Under the pieces are notes generated by a model. That model was not told the DNA's origin, did not search any database, and worked only from the letters and a program-made list of their open reading frames with translations. The position numbers and the translations under genes were made by a program. DNA of 64,000 nt from the NCBI GenBank assembly GCA_037128175.1, contig JBAXWY010000005.1, positions 40,945 through 104,944 on the forward strand, given 5' to 3'. This document shows, one piece after another, positions 10,391 to 20,163 of this stretch. Each line of letters opens with the position of its first letter. The stretch's first letter is position 1. The stretch is from Methanothrix sp. GTDB taxonomy: Archaea > Halobacteriota > Methanosarcinia > Methanotrichales > Methanotrichaceae.

Positions 10391-10547
10391 AGCAATACCC
10401 CGATGCTTGCATCGGGGATAAAGGGCATGCTTATTCAGCTTAGGTTTGGATCAGCTTAACCTGGTTCCACCTTCATGCGGCGGCGCCTTGGATGCCCCGC
10501 AGCTTGCTGCGCGGGTGCGCCGCCGCCGTTTCACTGAGCAAGGAACC
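10391..10547. repeat. Paired REP-like hairpins (CCCCGNNGC-TT-GCNNCG(C)GGG)
   Basis: Perfect stem ccccgatgc-tt-gcatcgggg at 10398-10417. A second hairpin ccccgcagc-tt-gctgcgcggg is nested in a gcggcggcgc/gcgccgccgc stem (10477-10526). A related copy lies at 61111-61146. Confidence 0.7.
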
Positions 10548-10549
10548 CT

Positions 10550-10858
10550 ATGATACACATGAGCCCAAGAGTTGCCGTCAGCAACACAGGTCCGCTGATT
10601 TCAGCACTACCACACGAGCCGGAAGAAGAGGTGCTATCTGCCACAGACGCCATCCAGGATGCAGAGCAATCGGAAGCTCGCTGGCAGGCCTTTGAAAAAG
10701 GTGAGAAAATGTGTCGAGTGCTTGTCGAGCTGCCGCAGCCTGCCTTCTCCAGACTGGAGAAACTGGCCCTGCAAAGAAAAAGGACCGTGTCTCATCTTGT
10801 AGAAGAGGTCATCACCGGCCTGGTGGACGTTTTTGTTCTTCCTGAAGAAAAAGCCTGA
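10550..10858 (+). CDS. Small chimeric protein: PIN(DUF3368)-like N-terminal fragment plus ribbon-helix-helix-like C-terminus
   Basis: RVAVSNTGPLISAL resembles the start of DUF3368 PIN domains; RVLVELP..FSRLEKLALQRKRTVSHLVEEVI is RHH-like. Confidence 0.5.
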   Translation: MIHMSPRVAVSNTGPLISALPHEPEEEVLSATDAIQDAEQSEARWQAFEKGEKMCRVLVELPQPAFSRLEKLALQRKRTVSHLVEEVITGLVDVFVLPEEKA

Positions 10859-10900
10859 GGCGACCATGGACTATGGCCCCGCTTAATACGTTTTTGCCGG

Positions 10901-12340
10901 TTAGAATTGGGCAGAATTCAATCCTCTGTATACGGAGACCAGGGTTCCAATTATGCATAATATCCCCGCCAGTATCATCACTCGACTTATGGTCAGAGCG
11001 AGTAGCGCTGGCCCGGCCCCCACCAGGGTCCCGTGGTATCCTGCCTGGGCAAGCTGCAGCGATACCAGAACTCCTGAAAAGGAGACCCCCAATGCCATTC
11101 CCAGGTTTCTGATAGTGGCAGTGAAGCTGGAGGCGATGTTAATCTTTGCTCTGGGTAGAGCCCTCATTATCTCGGTGTTGTTAGGGCTCTGGAAGAAAAC
11201 GCCACCTATGCCCATGGACACAAAGGTGAGCATCAACAACCGGGGGTCACAGCCTATGCTTCCCGCCAGATATCCGAGGAGCATCATGGAAATTGCCATA
11301 ATCAACATTCCCAGAGCGGCTAAGTAGCGAAACTGGTGTTTATCGTAGACCCAGCCGGTTACCGGCGCACCAATAACCATTATGGCCGGGACGATAAGGT
11401 AAATCAAACCCACTTGTGATGCCGTATAACCCATCACGCCTTCGAAATAGAATGGCCCCAGTATGGATATCATCAGGTTGGCCACAAAGAATAGTATCAT
11501 GCTGATGCAGGGCAGCACAAACATCCTGTAGCGGAATATGGAGAGGTCCAGGAGCGGGGCCTTATGCCTGGACTCAGTTATCGCAAAAGCCGCCAGAGAG
11601 CCCAGAAAGATCAAGGCCAGGGCAAGAATTCCAGGCTGAAAGGTGAAACTAACAGAAAGTTGGCCTAATATTGCCATCAGAGAAACTATAAAGGTTATCA
11701 GGGTTACTGCTCCGATCCAGTCCACCTCTAAGCTGCGGGCTCTGATGTCCTCGATTCTCATGTACCGGGTAGAGAGCAGCAACTGCATTATGCCGATAGG
11801 AACGTTAATGAGGAAAATATACTTCCAGCCCAATAGATCTACAATAAAACCGCCCAATGTGGGTCCCAACATACTGCCGATAGCGACAGTGGCTCCGATG
11901 TAACCCATGGCCCGGCCCTGCTCACCCCGAGGGAAAGCCTGAAAGATTATGGCCGAGCTTATGGAAAACATCATGGCCGCCCCCGTGGCCTGGATTATCC
12001 GGCAAAGCACAAGGAGGTTCAAGCTTGTGGAAATGCCGCAGGCCAAAGAACTGAAAGAAAAGAGGGCAATCCCGATAAAGAAGAGCCTGGCCTTGCCAAC
12101 GTATTCTGCGACCTTGCCGAAGATCATCAGCAAGCTGGTAAGCGTGACAAGATAAGAGGTCATGATCATTTGTGACTGGGCGATGCTGACACGAAAATAT
12201 GCGGTAATGGTGGGAAGGGCGATGCTGACCACGGAACCATCAACCACTGCCATCAAGACGCCTGTGAGAACAAGCAGCAAAACTATGTAACGATTCTTGC
12301 TACCCGATTCCAGCTCCAAATCCCTTTCTTCAGCGTGCAT
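10901..12340 (-). CDS. MFS transporter, DHA2 (EmrB/QacA) family
   Basis: VDGSVVSIALPTI, GPTLGG...WKYIFLINVPIG, about 14 TM segments. Confidence 0.92.
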   Translation of the reverse strand: MHAEERDLELESGSKNRYIVLLLVLTGVLMAVVDGSVVSIALPTITAYFRVSIAQSQMIMTSYLVTLTSLLMIFGKVAEYVGKARLFFIGIALFSFSSLACGISTSLNLLVLCRIIQATGAAMMFSISSAIIFQAFPRGEQGRAMGYIGATVAIGSMLGPTLGGFIVDLLGWKYIFLINVPIGIMQLLLSTRYMRIEDIRARSLEVDWIGAVTLITFIVSLMAILGQLSVSFTFQPGILALALIFLGSLAAFAITESRHKAPLLDLSIFRYRMFVLPCISMILFFVANLMISILGPFYFEGVMGYTASQVGLIYLIVPAIMVIGAPVTGWVYDKHQFRYLAALGMLIMAISMMLLGYLAGSIGCDPRLLMLTFVSMGIGGVFFQSPNNTEIMRALPRAKINIASSFTATIRNLGMALGVSFSGVLVSLQLAQAGYHGTLVGAGPALLALTISRVMILAGILCIIGTLVSVYRGLNSAQF

Positions 12341-12480
12341 CCCTATTGAGCCTCATTCCTTTTCCCAAGAGTAAATCTCCTTTTCCCGATCAAGAGTAGA
12401 CCTCGCATGGCTACCCTTGATGAACTGGCTTGGCCCGTAAGTAAATTCCGGTTAAGATTGTCATTGGGCAATGTGATATT

Positions 12481-13218
12481 ATGAATGTTCAAGATAAGAT
12501 CGTCATCGTAACTGGTGCCTCATCGGGCATCGGCCTGGCTACTGCCAAACTTCTCGCGGAACACGGCGCGAAAGTCGTCCTCGTCTCTCGTTCCAAGGAG
12601 AAACTGGAGAAGCTCTCCAAGGAGATTCCATTATCTATTGCCATTGATGCCGATATGACGAAGATCTCCGATATAAAAAGGGTGGTAGATCAAACGCAGG
12701 AGCATTTCGGAAGAATTGATATCCTGATCAACAATGCCGGGCAGGGATACGATGCTCCCATTGAAAAGACCAATATCGACACGTTTCATTATATCTTCGA
12801 CCTTGATGTCGTCGGACCGCTTGCAGCCATGCAGCAAGTAATTCCCATCATGAGGAAGCTTGGTGGAGGAGCAATCATCAATATCAGCTCAGGATCGGCA
12901 CTGATGTATCTGCCGAACATGGGTGCCTATTCGGCATCCAAGCGAGCTCTGGCCAATATCAGCCTGACCGCGCGTGAAGAGCTGAAAAAGGATAATATTA
13001 TTATCAGTGTGGTGTATCCCTATATTACACTCACTGATTTTGAGAATAACACCAGAAAAGAGCCTGCAGATAATGGCGGAGAGCAAGCAGGCAATGCCCC
13101 CTTTCCACCAGACTCTGCAGAATTAGTGGCCCATAAGATACTGGACGGCATAGAAAGCGGGGCGGCGGAAATCTTTGCCCATGATTGGATGAAGAAAATG
13201 GGCAGAAGAGAAGAATAA
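12481..13218 (+). CDS. Short-chain dehydrogenase/reductase
   Basis: TGASSGIG, NNAG, YSASK catalytic motif. Confidence 0.93.
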   Translation: MNVQDKIVIVTGASSGIGLATAKLLAEHGAKVVLVSRSKEKLEKLSKEIPLSIAIDADMTKISDIKRVVDQTQEHFGRIDILINNAGQGYDAPIEKTNIDTFHYIFDLDVVGPLAAMQQVIPIMRKLGGGAIINISSGSALMYLPNMGAYSASKRALANISLTAREELKKDNIIISVVYPYITLTDFENNTRKEPADNGGEQAGNAPFPPDSAELVAHKILDGIESGAAEIFAHDWMKKMGRREE

Positions 13219-13310
13219 CATTGCAGCTTTGCATTTTGAGGATACTGGAGAGCGTGAGGCACGATAAACGCCCCGCCCGAACACGCTGGCGCATGGGTCA
13301 CAACTTTACT

Positions 13311-13553
13311 CCGCAGGAAGTGCGCCGCATATTAGTAATCGCGTCTGGAAGATGAGGTTGCCGGAAAACCCCTTAGGCGCGATGACGATTGTCTCCCTCC
13401 CGGCAGCTCTCGATCAGTATCCCTTTGTGCTTCGCCTCCTGGCTCGCTTCATGGGCCGGGGCGGCGATCAGCTCTCCTTACCGCCGGCTCCTGTCCACGC
13501 GCTCGCACCCGGCCCCCGGTCCTCCTATACGGCCTCTGGACAACAGCGGATGG
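13311..13553 (-). pseudogene. Decayed internal/3' fragment of mtxX (matches about 20282-20522)
   Basis: Clear alignment by eye, e.g. ggaagatgaggttgccg..gcgatgacgat..cccggcagctctcgatcagtatccctttgtgcttcg..gcgatcagctc..gtccacgcgctcgcacc; frameshifted. Confidence 0.88.
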
Positions 13554-13565
13554 CCACCTCGCTAT

Positions 13566-14447
13566 CTAGCTTTTTATGTTAGGGGTTGGAAGGTTAAATA
13601 GCACATTTCCGCCCCCTGATCCAATGGGTACATACAAGACGTTAGGGTTGGTCTTTATTCCCTGAACAAATTCCCAGGAAACCAGTGTTGGCGTAACTGA
13701 TTCTCCCTTGATACGGTTTGCCTCAGCAATGCCCTTTGCTTCAATGACCAGTCTCTTGGCTTCTTGCTCGGATTGCTGGATGGTGAACTGCATCTGCTGA
13801 GCTTGTTGCTGCTTCTGCTGTTTAATTGTAATGGCTTCCTGAAGCTCCTTTGGCAGATAAATTCCCCTCAGCCAGACTCTTTCGATGATAATGCCGGTTT
13901 GACCAAGCTCTTGCTTAAGGTGCTTTTCAACATCCGCTTGAATTTCGGTCGACTTGTTTGTGTAAATATCTTCTGCTGTGTATTTTTTGATTTCAGACCG
14001 CAATAGGCCCATGAAAGAGGGGGTCAATTTTGTGTCGACATAGTCTCCTCTTACGGTTCGGTATATTTCGGGAGCTTTAGTCGGATCAAGATGCCAGAGC
14101 ACGCTACTGTCAAGCTTTATTTCAAGACCTTCGCTCGTTAGCGTCCCAGTTACTTCTTTGTATTCTATTTGCTGGGTCTGAGTATTCATCTCATGAACTC
14201 CGGTGAGCGGATCTTTAAAATTGAATCCAGGACTGAGCACGATGTCGGAAACCACTCCGAACCGGTCCAGCACGCCGACATTACCGGCTGGAATTACTGC
14301 TATAAAGGATCCTCCCACTAGTCCAAGCACTATCAGGGATATGATTGCAATTACGAGGAATGCCTTTAACCCAAAAGAAAACGTTGGAGTCTTGGGCATC
14401 TTCTGCTTTATTTTCTCTCTTAATATATCGCTATCTATTCCGCTCAT
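13566..14447 (-). CDS. SPFH/prohibitin (band 7) family protein
   Basis: N-terminal TM, IPAGNVGVLDRFG, LTSEGLEIKLD, coiled coil with EAKGIAEAN. Confidence 0.9.
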   Translation of the reverse strand: MSGIDSDILREKIKQKMPKTPTFSFGLKAFLVIAIISLIVLGLVGGSFIAVIPAGNVGVLDRFGVVSDIVLSPGFNFKDPLTGVHEMNTQTQQIEYKEVTGTLTSEGLEIKLDSSVLWHLDPTKAPEIYRTVRGDYVDTKLTPSFMGLLRSEIKKYTAEDIYTNKSTEIQADVEKHLKQELGQTGIIIERVWLRGIYLPKELQEAITIKQQKQQQAQQMQFTIQQSEQEAKRLVIEAKGIAEANRIKGESVTPTLVSWEFVQGIKTNPNVLYVPIGSGGGNVLFNLPTPNIKS

Positions 14448-14518
14448 CTATTAGAGAATTAGAACGTCTAAGAATTTAGTTCTGTCGATAAGAGTCTCGC
14501 GAAATGAACAAATGCATA

Positions 14519-15415
14519 TCACGCCATCTCTCCGTAAAATTTGAAGACCGTGTATGAGTTTCCAACAACTTGAATCTCTGACATTCCAAAGAACTCCTTA
14601 TTCCAATTCGTGGGCAGATATCTTGCGATCGCTAACATAGCCCCGCTGATCAGCAATACTATGAAGAAGAACAATCTTTTTTCAATGAATGAAAAGGCAC
14701 CGACGAGTAAGCAAATCAAGGACACTATCGCCATTGCATTTCCCCAGCCAATATGTTTCAGTCCGCCCGTTATTTGGATTGTGTTATCATCCACCCTTTC
14801 AGCAAGCAGCATGATATTATTCATGTTGATTGCCATAGATTCTTCCACCCGCTGATTGGTGCCTACCACGTTTGACGGGTTTTCAAAGTCAAATTGCGCC
14901 CCGTTGTCAGTCATAATTACCAAAGGAAGATCAAAGCATCCCAAGAAGTTTCCACTTGTGTGCTTGCCATCAATTACATACTCGGTTACCAGTTCAAGCG
15001 GTTTGATTTTACTAACCAGTGCGACTTTTTCCGAGTCGGATGGAACTTTGACAAGCCTTGCCAAATTAAACAGGTCGCTAGCGGCTTTTGCAGAGTCAAA
15101 ATCCCTTAACCGATTCAAGGCTTCTTTATCGTTGCTGAAAATGAAATCATCAACGACCTCAGGGAAAACGTTCTGCCCAGGGGTCTTGTAGCGATTCTTA
15201 ATTGCTTTTTTCAACTCCCCTACGCTCACCAGGAATACCGGTCCAAGGATTTCTATCTTATTCTCTGTTGTAATAATTTTGGGATTGTGAAGCTTCACTG
15301 CTCTTGCAGAAGCTTTTCCGCCGATCTTTTTTGAAGGTAGATGAGAGGTGGCAGCAAGTGTTATCGCCTCAATCTCTTTATCCATCAAATTGGAGATCTC
15401 TTGGATTTCATTCAT
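14519..15415 (-). CDS. Hypothetical protein with C-terminal TM hairpin
   Basis: 298 aa ORF with two hydrophobic helices near the C-terminus; co-oriented with neighbours. Confidence 0.65.
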   Translation of the reverse strand: MNEIQEISNLMDKEIEAITLAATSHLPSKKIGGKASARAVKLHNPKIITTENKIEILGPVFLVSVGELKKAIKNRYKTPGQNVFPEVVDDFIFSNDKEALNRLRDFDSAKAASDLFNLARLVKVPSDSEKVALVSKIKPLELVTEYVIDGKHTSGNFLGCFDLPLVIMTDNGAQFDFENPSNVVGTNQRVEESMAINMNNIMLLAERVDDNTIQITGGLKHIGWGNAMAIVSLICLLVGAFSFIEKRLFFFIVLLISGAMLAIARYLPTNWNKEFFGMSEIQVVGNSYTVFKFYGEMA

Positions 15416-15419
15416 AGCT

Positions 15420-16019
15420 TCACCGCTCTAGGATGACAACATAAAAGGGACTGCTAATATACACCGTCCCCGTTTGGCGGTATATCCGATCGTCTATCTG
15501 CACTATATCTGGATCGGTTCTGGGCAGGACCTTTAAAGCCTCAGCCGGAGTATCAAGGTCCTTTGTGACATCAGAGTACTTGGGTCCGGTTATTGAGGTT
15601 TCGCCTCCCTTCACGTAGAGCACATCCGGATCTTGGCATGACTGAAAAACCATGTCGCTTTCCGCCAGACTCACTTCAAGATTTTCGGGATTATCTACGT
15701 TGCTGCATGTCAATTGTCTCCCCTTAAAAGATTCGCCGAATCCTGAGATTCTTATCGACAGCAATTCGCTGGCGCCGGCAACCATGATTACTTTTCTTGA
15801 AACAAAGTATCGAATAGGGGAGTGCTTAAACTCGAAATCCTTGCAAGCCGCCAATCGTCTGGCCGTTTCCGGATCGATTTGCCCTTGTCTCGCAATTTCT
15901 ATTAGCTCTTGATTCATCGTTCTCAAGATCGTTGAACCTGCATTTATATCAATTGGAGCCCGTAGAAGATCTATGCCCAATTCCCCTGAGGCCCTATCCT
16001 TTCTATTTTCTAAGTTCAA
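15420..16019 (-). CDS. Hypothetical protein
   Basis: 199 aa ORF with short gaps to its neighbours (4 and 15 bp). Confidence 0.6.
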   Translation of the reverse strand: MNLENRKDRASGELGIDLLRAPIDINAGSTILRTMNQELIEIARQGQIDPETARRLAACKDFEFKHSPIRYFVSRKVIMVAGASELLSIRISGFGESFKGRQLTCSNVDNPENLEVSLAESDMVFQSCQDPDVLYVKGGETSITGPKYSDVTKDLDTPAEALKVLPRTDPDIVQIDDRIYRQTGTVYISSPFYVVILER

Positions 16020-16034
16020 AAAAGATGTGGTGAT

Positions 16035-17387
16035 CTAAAAATAGACCGCCGTTCCTGGTTCCACGTTGATTATCTTCAGGACTCCCCGTTGGAAGAACAT
16101 GGTCTTAGGGTAGTTAAACTGGCCATCATAAACTCTAATGTCATGGTTCTGATTGCCAACAACACTAAAGCTGAACCTTCCGTCCAGAGCATCTCCAATC
16201 GTACCTTCAGTGCCGATTAATGTGCCATCCAAAAATACTTGATATCCACGCATACCTTGGGACACTATTGTTGCAGGCGTGTCCCCATAAGTTGGAGACG
16301 GTGTTGTTACTGGCGGCAGAGTCTGAGTTGGAGGATAGGTAGCAACTGGCGGTTGGTATGGCGGATTGTAGCTCGTAACATCGATGACTATCGAATTACT
16401 CACTTGACCGCCAATAACGAAGAGCAGTATGTGCTGCCCGATTTCACCCGCGTTGAATCCTATCTGGCTGTTTCCAGGGAAGAAGTTGAAGCTGTTCTTG
16501 GACAGTATTCCATTGGGATTTATCTCATATAGGTATCCATTGCCTCCGGGGGAAGTTGTTGCCAAGAGGGACAGACTGGATCCTTGTGGAACTACGGCGT
16601 ACTGCGTCCAGCTTGTGGCACCCCGTATCCACAGAGAATTGCCTCCTGTATATGTGGCATAAGTCTGGTACTGAGAGTATGGCACCTCTTGCATCTGGTA
16701 ACCGAAGTAGAGTGTGGATGGAGCAATCTGTATCGAATATTTCTGAGGCGCGATGATGTGGGTGCTTGCAGCAACCGAAGACGACATAGAATAATACTGG
16801 GAATACTGCAAGATGGAATTCGAACTGATCTTTTGGCCAACTTGCGAGGATGTGCCTTGCTGCATGGTGGCTTGAGTCTGAACTTGACTGCTGGATGTTT
16901 TAGTTGAAGACTGGCTGGTAGATCCAGCAATTATGGTTTGGCCGAGAGATGATGACGTTTCTGTGGTGGCAGTCACCTTTATCGTGCCGCTTATTGCTGT
17001 ATCTATGAGGCTATAAGTGTATTCGCCAGAAGTGCCATAATAAAACGAGAACTTTTTGCCTGCATTTATGACCACCGAATTGAATTGTCCGTTGCTGCTT
17101 AATACATGTACCTTTCCATCCTGGTTATGCCATGTTACAATTGTTCCTTCGGGCACCAGCAGAATTGAGGGCTTGAATGAATCATCCTTGATATTTATGG
17201 TATATGCAGAGCCACCATTTCCAGAGGCATCCGATTCTTTGTCCTTATTTCCAGAGCCACTATTTCCGGGGGAATACGATTGATCTTTGTCCTTTCCATT
17301 ACCTTTGCCCTGATCATTATCCTTGACAGCTATGCTGGACGAGCTAATGACAAGAAGCAACATCAATATAAGCAAATATCTTTTCAT
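16035..17387 (-). CDS. Secreted protein with cupredoxin-like domain, S/T/Q-rich linker and C-terminal beta domains
   Basis: Signal peptide; INIKDDSFKPSILLVPEGTIVTWHNQD..H...GEYTY...GTIKV cupredoxin fold pattern. Confidence 0.75.
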   Translation of the reverse strand: MKRYLLILMLLLVISSSSIAVKDNDQGKGNGKDKDQSYSPGNSGSGNKDKESDASGNGGSAYTINIKDDSFKPSILLVPEGTIVTWHNQDGKVHVLSSNGQFNSVVINAGKKFSFYYGTSGEYTYSLIDTAISGTIKVTATTETSSSLGQTIIAGSTSQSSTKTSSSQVQTQATMQQGTSSQVGQKISSNSILQYSQYYSMSSSVAASTHIIAPQKYSIQIAPSTLYFGYQMQEVPYSQYQTYATYTGGNSLWIRGATSWTQYAVVPQGSSLSLLATTSPGGNGYLYEINPNGILSKNSFNFFPGNSQIGFNAGEIGQHILLFVIGGQVSNSIVIDVTSYNPPYQPPVATYPPTQTLPPVTTPSPTYGDTPATIVSQGMRGYQVFLDGTLIGTEGTIGDALDGRFSFSVVGNQNHDIRVYDGQFNYPKTMFFQRGVLKIINVEPGTAVYF

Positions 17388-17551
17388 TATCCATTCTCCT
17401 ATATAGATTCGCTATATAACAATAATACTCTTACTACTTATAATAGTGGCCTTTATGTGTTGAAGAATCCAAAGATTTAAATGTTGGTATTTCAACCAAT
17501 GAGACAACCATATTTTTCAATTGGCGGACGGATTTTCCATGGTCGTATACT

Positions 17552-17727
17552 TCCCCATCATCCCCGCTCTGGCGCTTGCCGGCATCATCCAGCCCGTCGA
17601 ACCCGCCCCTGGGCCCTACCGGAGTCCATGAAAGATAACTGTCTATCAGCATCGAGCAGCTATAGGGATGCGCCCCGAATTGCGCCCCGAATAATAGAAG
17701 CAGCGTTTAGAAGATGATGTGGCCCGC
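17552..17727 (-). pseudogene. Decayed 3'-terminal fragment of mtxX (matches about 20178-20336)
   Basis: catcccc..ggcgcttgccggcatcatccagcccgtcgaaccc..ggagtccatgaa..gtctatcagca..gccccgaataatag..agcgtttagaagatga aligns to the mtxX end; contains a 12 bp tandem duplication tgcgccccgaat (17669-17692). Confidence 0.82.
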
Positions 17728-17766
17728 GACAAAATTTCTGTTAAAATTTGTCTTTCCAGTCCGGCA

Positions 17767-18339
17767 TTACTTTATCGGCTGATAGCGGAGCCAGACGATT
17801 CCATTCTTGAACGTTCTTGCTTCGAGCAAATTCAGGTTCATCTTTTGTACATCTGCAAATAAGTTCTTGCCTGCACCCAAGATAACGGGATTGACCTGGA
17901 GTATGCATTCGTCAATAAGGCCGAGATTGGCAAACTGTTGTACTATGGTGCCGCTTCCCAATATTGCAATACCTTTGCCCTCTTGCTCTTTCAGTCTAAT
18001 CATTTCTCCCAGGTTAATTTCATGAAGGAGCTTGATGTTTTTCCAACGAGGACCTTCCTCAACGCTTTGCAGGGTCTTTGAAAAGACTATTTTCGGGATA
18101 TTGTTCATGACCTCTGCCATAATGGGATTGTTCTTAATTGCATCAGGAGTGGGCCAGTAACTACTCATCAGTTCATAGGTCGTACGGCCGAAGATCAGCA
18201 AATCACCTGATTTCGGCTGCTCACGGGAAAACTCATCGTACTCATCATCTCTATCAACTTTAAACCAATCTATCTCACCGTGCGGCCCTGCAAAGTAGCC
18301 GTCAACTGTAACATTATTGAATACGACGATTTTTCTCAT
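17767..18339 (-). CDS. Dihydrofolate reductase / RibD C-terminal family protein
   Basis: MRKIVV..VTVDGYFAGP, FGRTTYE, GSGTIVQ..GLIDE..PVILGAGK; start reassigned to ATG 18339. Confidence 0.9.
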   Translation of the reverse strand: MRKIVVFNNVTVDGYFAGPHGEIDWFKVDRDDEYDEFSREQPKSGDLLIFGRTTYELMSSYWPTPDAIKNNPIMAEVMNNIPKIVFSKTLQSVEEGPRWKNIKLLHEINLGEMIRLKEQEGKGIAILGSGTIVQQFANLGLIDECILQVNPVILGAGKNLFADVQKMNLNLLEARTFKNGIVWLRYQPIK

Positions 18340-18468
18340 ATATTCACATCCACACGCACAATGTTTAGTTTTATCTTTATAAATAGATTTTTGCCACCAG
18401 CAAAAATATTGAGTAGATTGCAATGTCTGTAGAAAAATTTAAATACTATTCATATTAATAACCCCTTT

Positions 18469-20139
18469 GTGCACCAGATAACATTTGGCCACAAGATAAG
18501 GCTTTTAATCATAATGGGCGTGCTGTTGTCATCCATCATATTTTCTCAAGGATCTCCATGCACCGAAAATGTGAGTTATGCCTCCTCTGGATCCGTTTTC
18601 GATGCAGTCCGATTACTGCAATGGACGGGGTACGTGGGCGTCGTGCCCTATTGGCCGGGACCGTTGATCTATGTCGAAATTCATAATAATCCTCCAGAAA
18701 TACCGATTATCCCCGTGGGATCGGCCAATGGCGTCCCTGCTGCATCCTATAGCTATTCCACCTTTGCCGTCGATCCGGATGCAGACCAGGTTACGTACAC
18801 CTTCGATTGGGGTGACGCAGCTGAATCGAACACGCCTCTCATCAATTCGGGTGTTGCTGCGAGCGCTAATCACACATGGAGCAAGGCCGGGAAATATAGG
18901 ATCAGAATCATGGCCACCGATAGCAAGGGCGCCTTCTCCGAATGGTCGAAGCCGCTTAACATCACCATAAATACGCCGCCAGGCAAACCCAATGCGCCAT
19001 CCGGCCCAGTTTCAAGCAGGCCTGGCTCTACCAATAATTATACCGTATCCTCCACTGATCCAGACGAAGATCAGATGAAGTACACACTTGATTGGGGTGA
19101 TGGAACTGAATCGATCACCGGCTTTCTCGTCTCCGGTGCAAAAGCGAGCGCGAATCATACCTGGAAGAAAGCCGGAACATACCGGATCAGAGCCAATGCC
19201 GTTGACGAAAGGGGGTCATCCTCCGGATGGTCAGAGGCGCAAAATGTCATCATAAATTCTCCCCCCGATAACCCCTCCAAACCATCCGGCCCCGGATCGG
19301 TCTATGCCTGGGCCGCATATACTTACACTTCATTGGCATCCGACCCAGACGGAGATGAAACCGAGTACATCTTCGACTGGGGAGACGGAAATAATTCCAG
19401 TACGAATCTGATCAGATCCGGCAGCAATGCAAGTGCAGTGCACAGTTGGAGGAATGATGGAGACTACCGGGTCAGAGCCATTGCCAGAGATCGGATGGGA
19501 GCCCCATCAAATTGGTCCGAAAATTTGACAGTAACCGTTATTGCAAACAGCAAACCCAATAAACCAAAGGAGCTATTCGGACCGAGCTCTGGCTACACAG
19601 GGATCGCTCACAGCTACTTTACAATGGCTAAGGATAACGATAGTGACAAAGTTATGTACTCTTTCGATTGGGGTGATGGGACGACCTCTACTACTGAGAT
19701 GGTCGATTCCGGCTCAGTTGAAAGCGCACCTCATACCTGGTCCAAAGCGGGAAGGTTCCGGATCAAAGCCAACGCTACCGACAGCAAAGGCGCATCATCA
19801 GGGTGGACGGATCTTATGAATGTAACTATCAGCGACAATGATCCACCCCATTCACCGATCGTGCCGGCGGGACCGACATCTGGACGAAGCAAGGCCACTT
19901 ACAGATATGCTACATCTGCAAACGATCCCGATGGAGACCGGGTCAAGTATGTCTTCGACTGGGGAGATAAAACCACTTCCTGGACAGGTTTGGTCTTCAT
20001 CGAATCCGGAAAGAAGGAAAGCGTATCTCACAAATGGAGCCAGGCCGGAACATACCAGGTCAAAGCCATGGCCCTCGACGATAAAGGAGCGACATCAGGA
20101 TGGTCGAATTCGCTGGTTATCAATATATCCTCGGACTAA
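18469..20139 (+). CDS. Secreted PKD-domain repeat protein (5 repeats)
   Basis: Five repeats of DPDxDxxxYxFDWGD...HTW...G.Y.....A.D..G..S.WS; signal peptide. Confidence 0.88.
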   Translation: MHQITFGHKIRLLIIMGVLLSSIIFSQGSPCTENVSYASSGSVFDAVRLLQWTGYVGVVPYWPGPLIYVEIHNNPPEIPIIPVGSANGVPAASYSYSTFAVDPDADQVTYTFDWGDAAESNTPLINSGVAASANHTWSKAGKYRIRIMATDSKGAFSEWSKPLNITINTPPGKPNAPSGPVSSRPGSTNNYTVSSTDPDEDQMKYTLDWGDGTESITGFLVSGAKASANHTWKKAGTYRIRANAVDERGSSSGWSEAQNVIINSPPDNPSKPSGPGSVYAWAAYTYTSLASDPDGDETEYIFDWGDGNNSSTNLIRSGSNASAVHSWRNDGDYRVRAIARDRMGAPSNWSENLTVTVIANSKPNKPKELFGPSSGYTGIAHSYFTMAKDNDSDKVMYSFDWGDGTTSTTEMVDSGSVESAPHTWSKAGRFRIKANATDSKGASSGWTDLMNVTISDNDPPHSPIVPAGPTSGRSKATYRYATSANDPDGDRVKYVFDWGDKTTSWTGLVFIESGKKESVSHKWSQAGTYQVKAMALDDKGATSGWSNSLVINISSD

Positions 20140-20163
20140 AAAGCTGTTCGCTTGCATGATATT

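Noticed and set aside
13352-13601. Plus-strand ORFs of 76 and 70 aa
   Set aside because: Antisense readings of the mtxX remnant; the same peptide appears antisense to intact mtxX.
18680-20139. PKD repeats (and the TPR repeats at 28587-29700) as DGR template/variable repeats
   Set aside because: These are protein-level repeats with divergent DNA; there is no adenine-specific mismatch pattern and no reverse transcriptase in the window.
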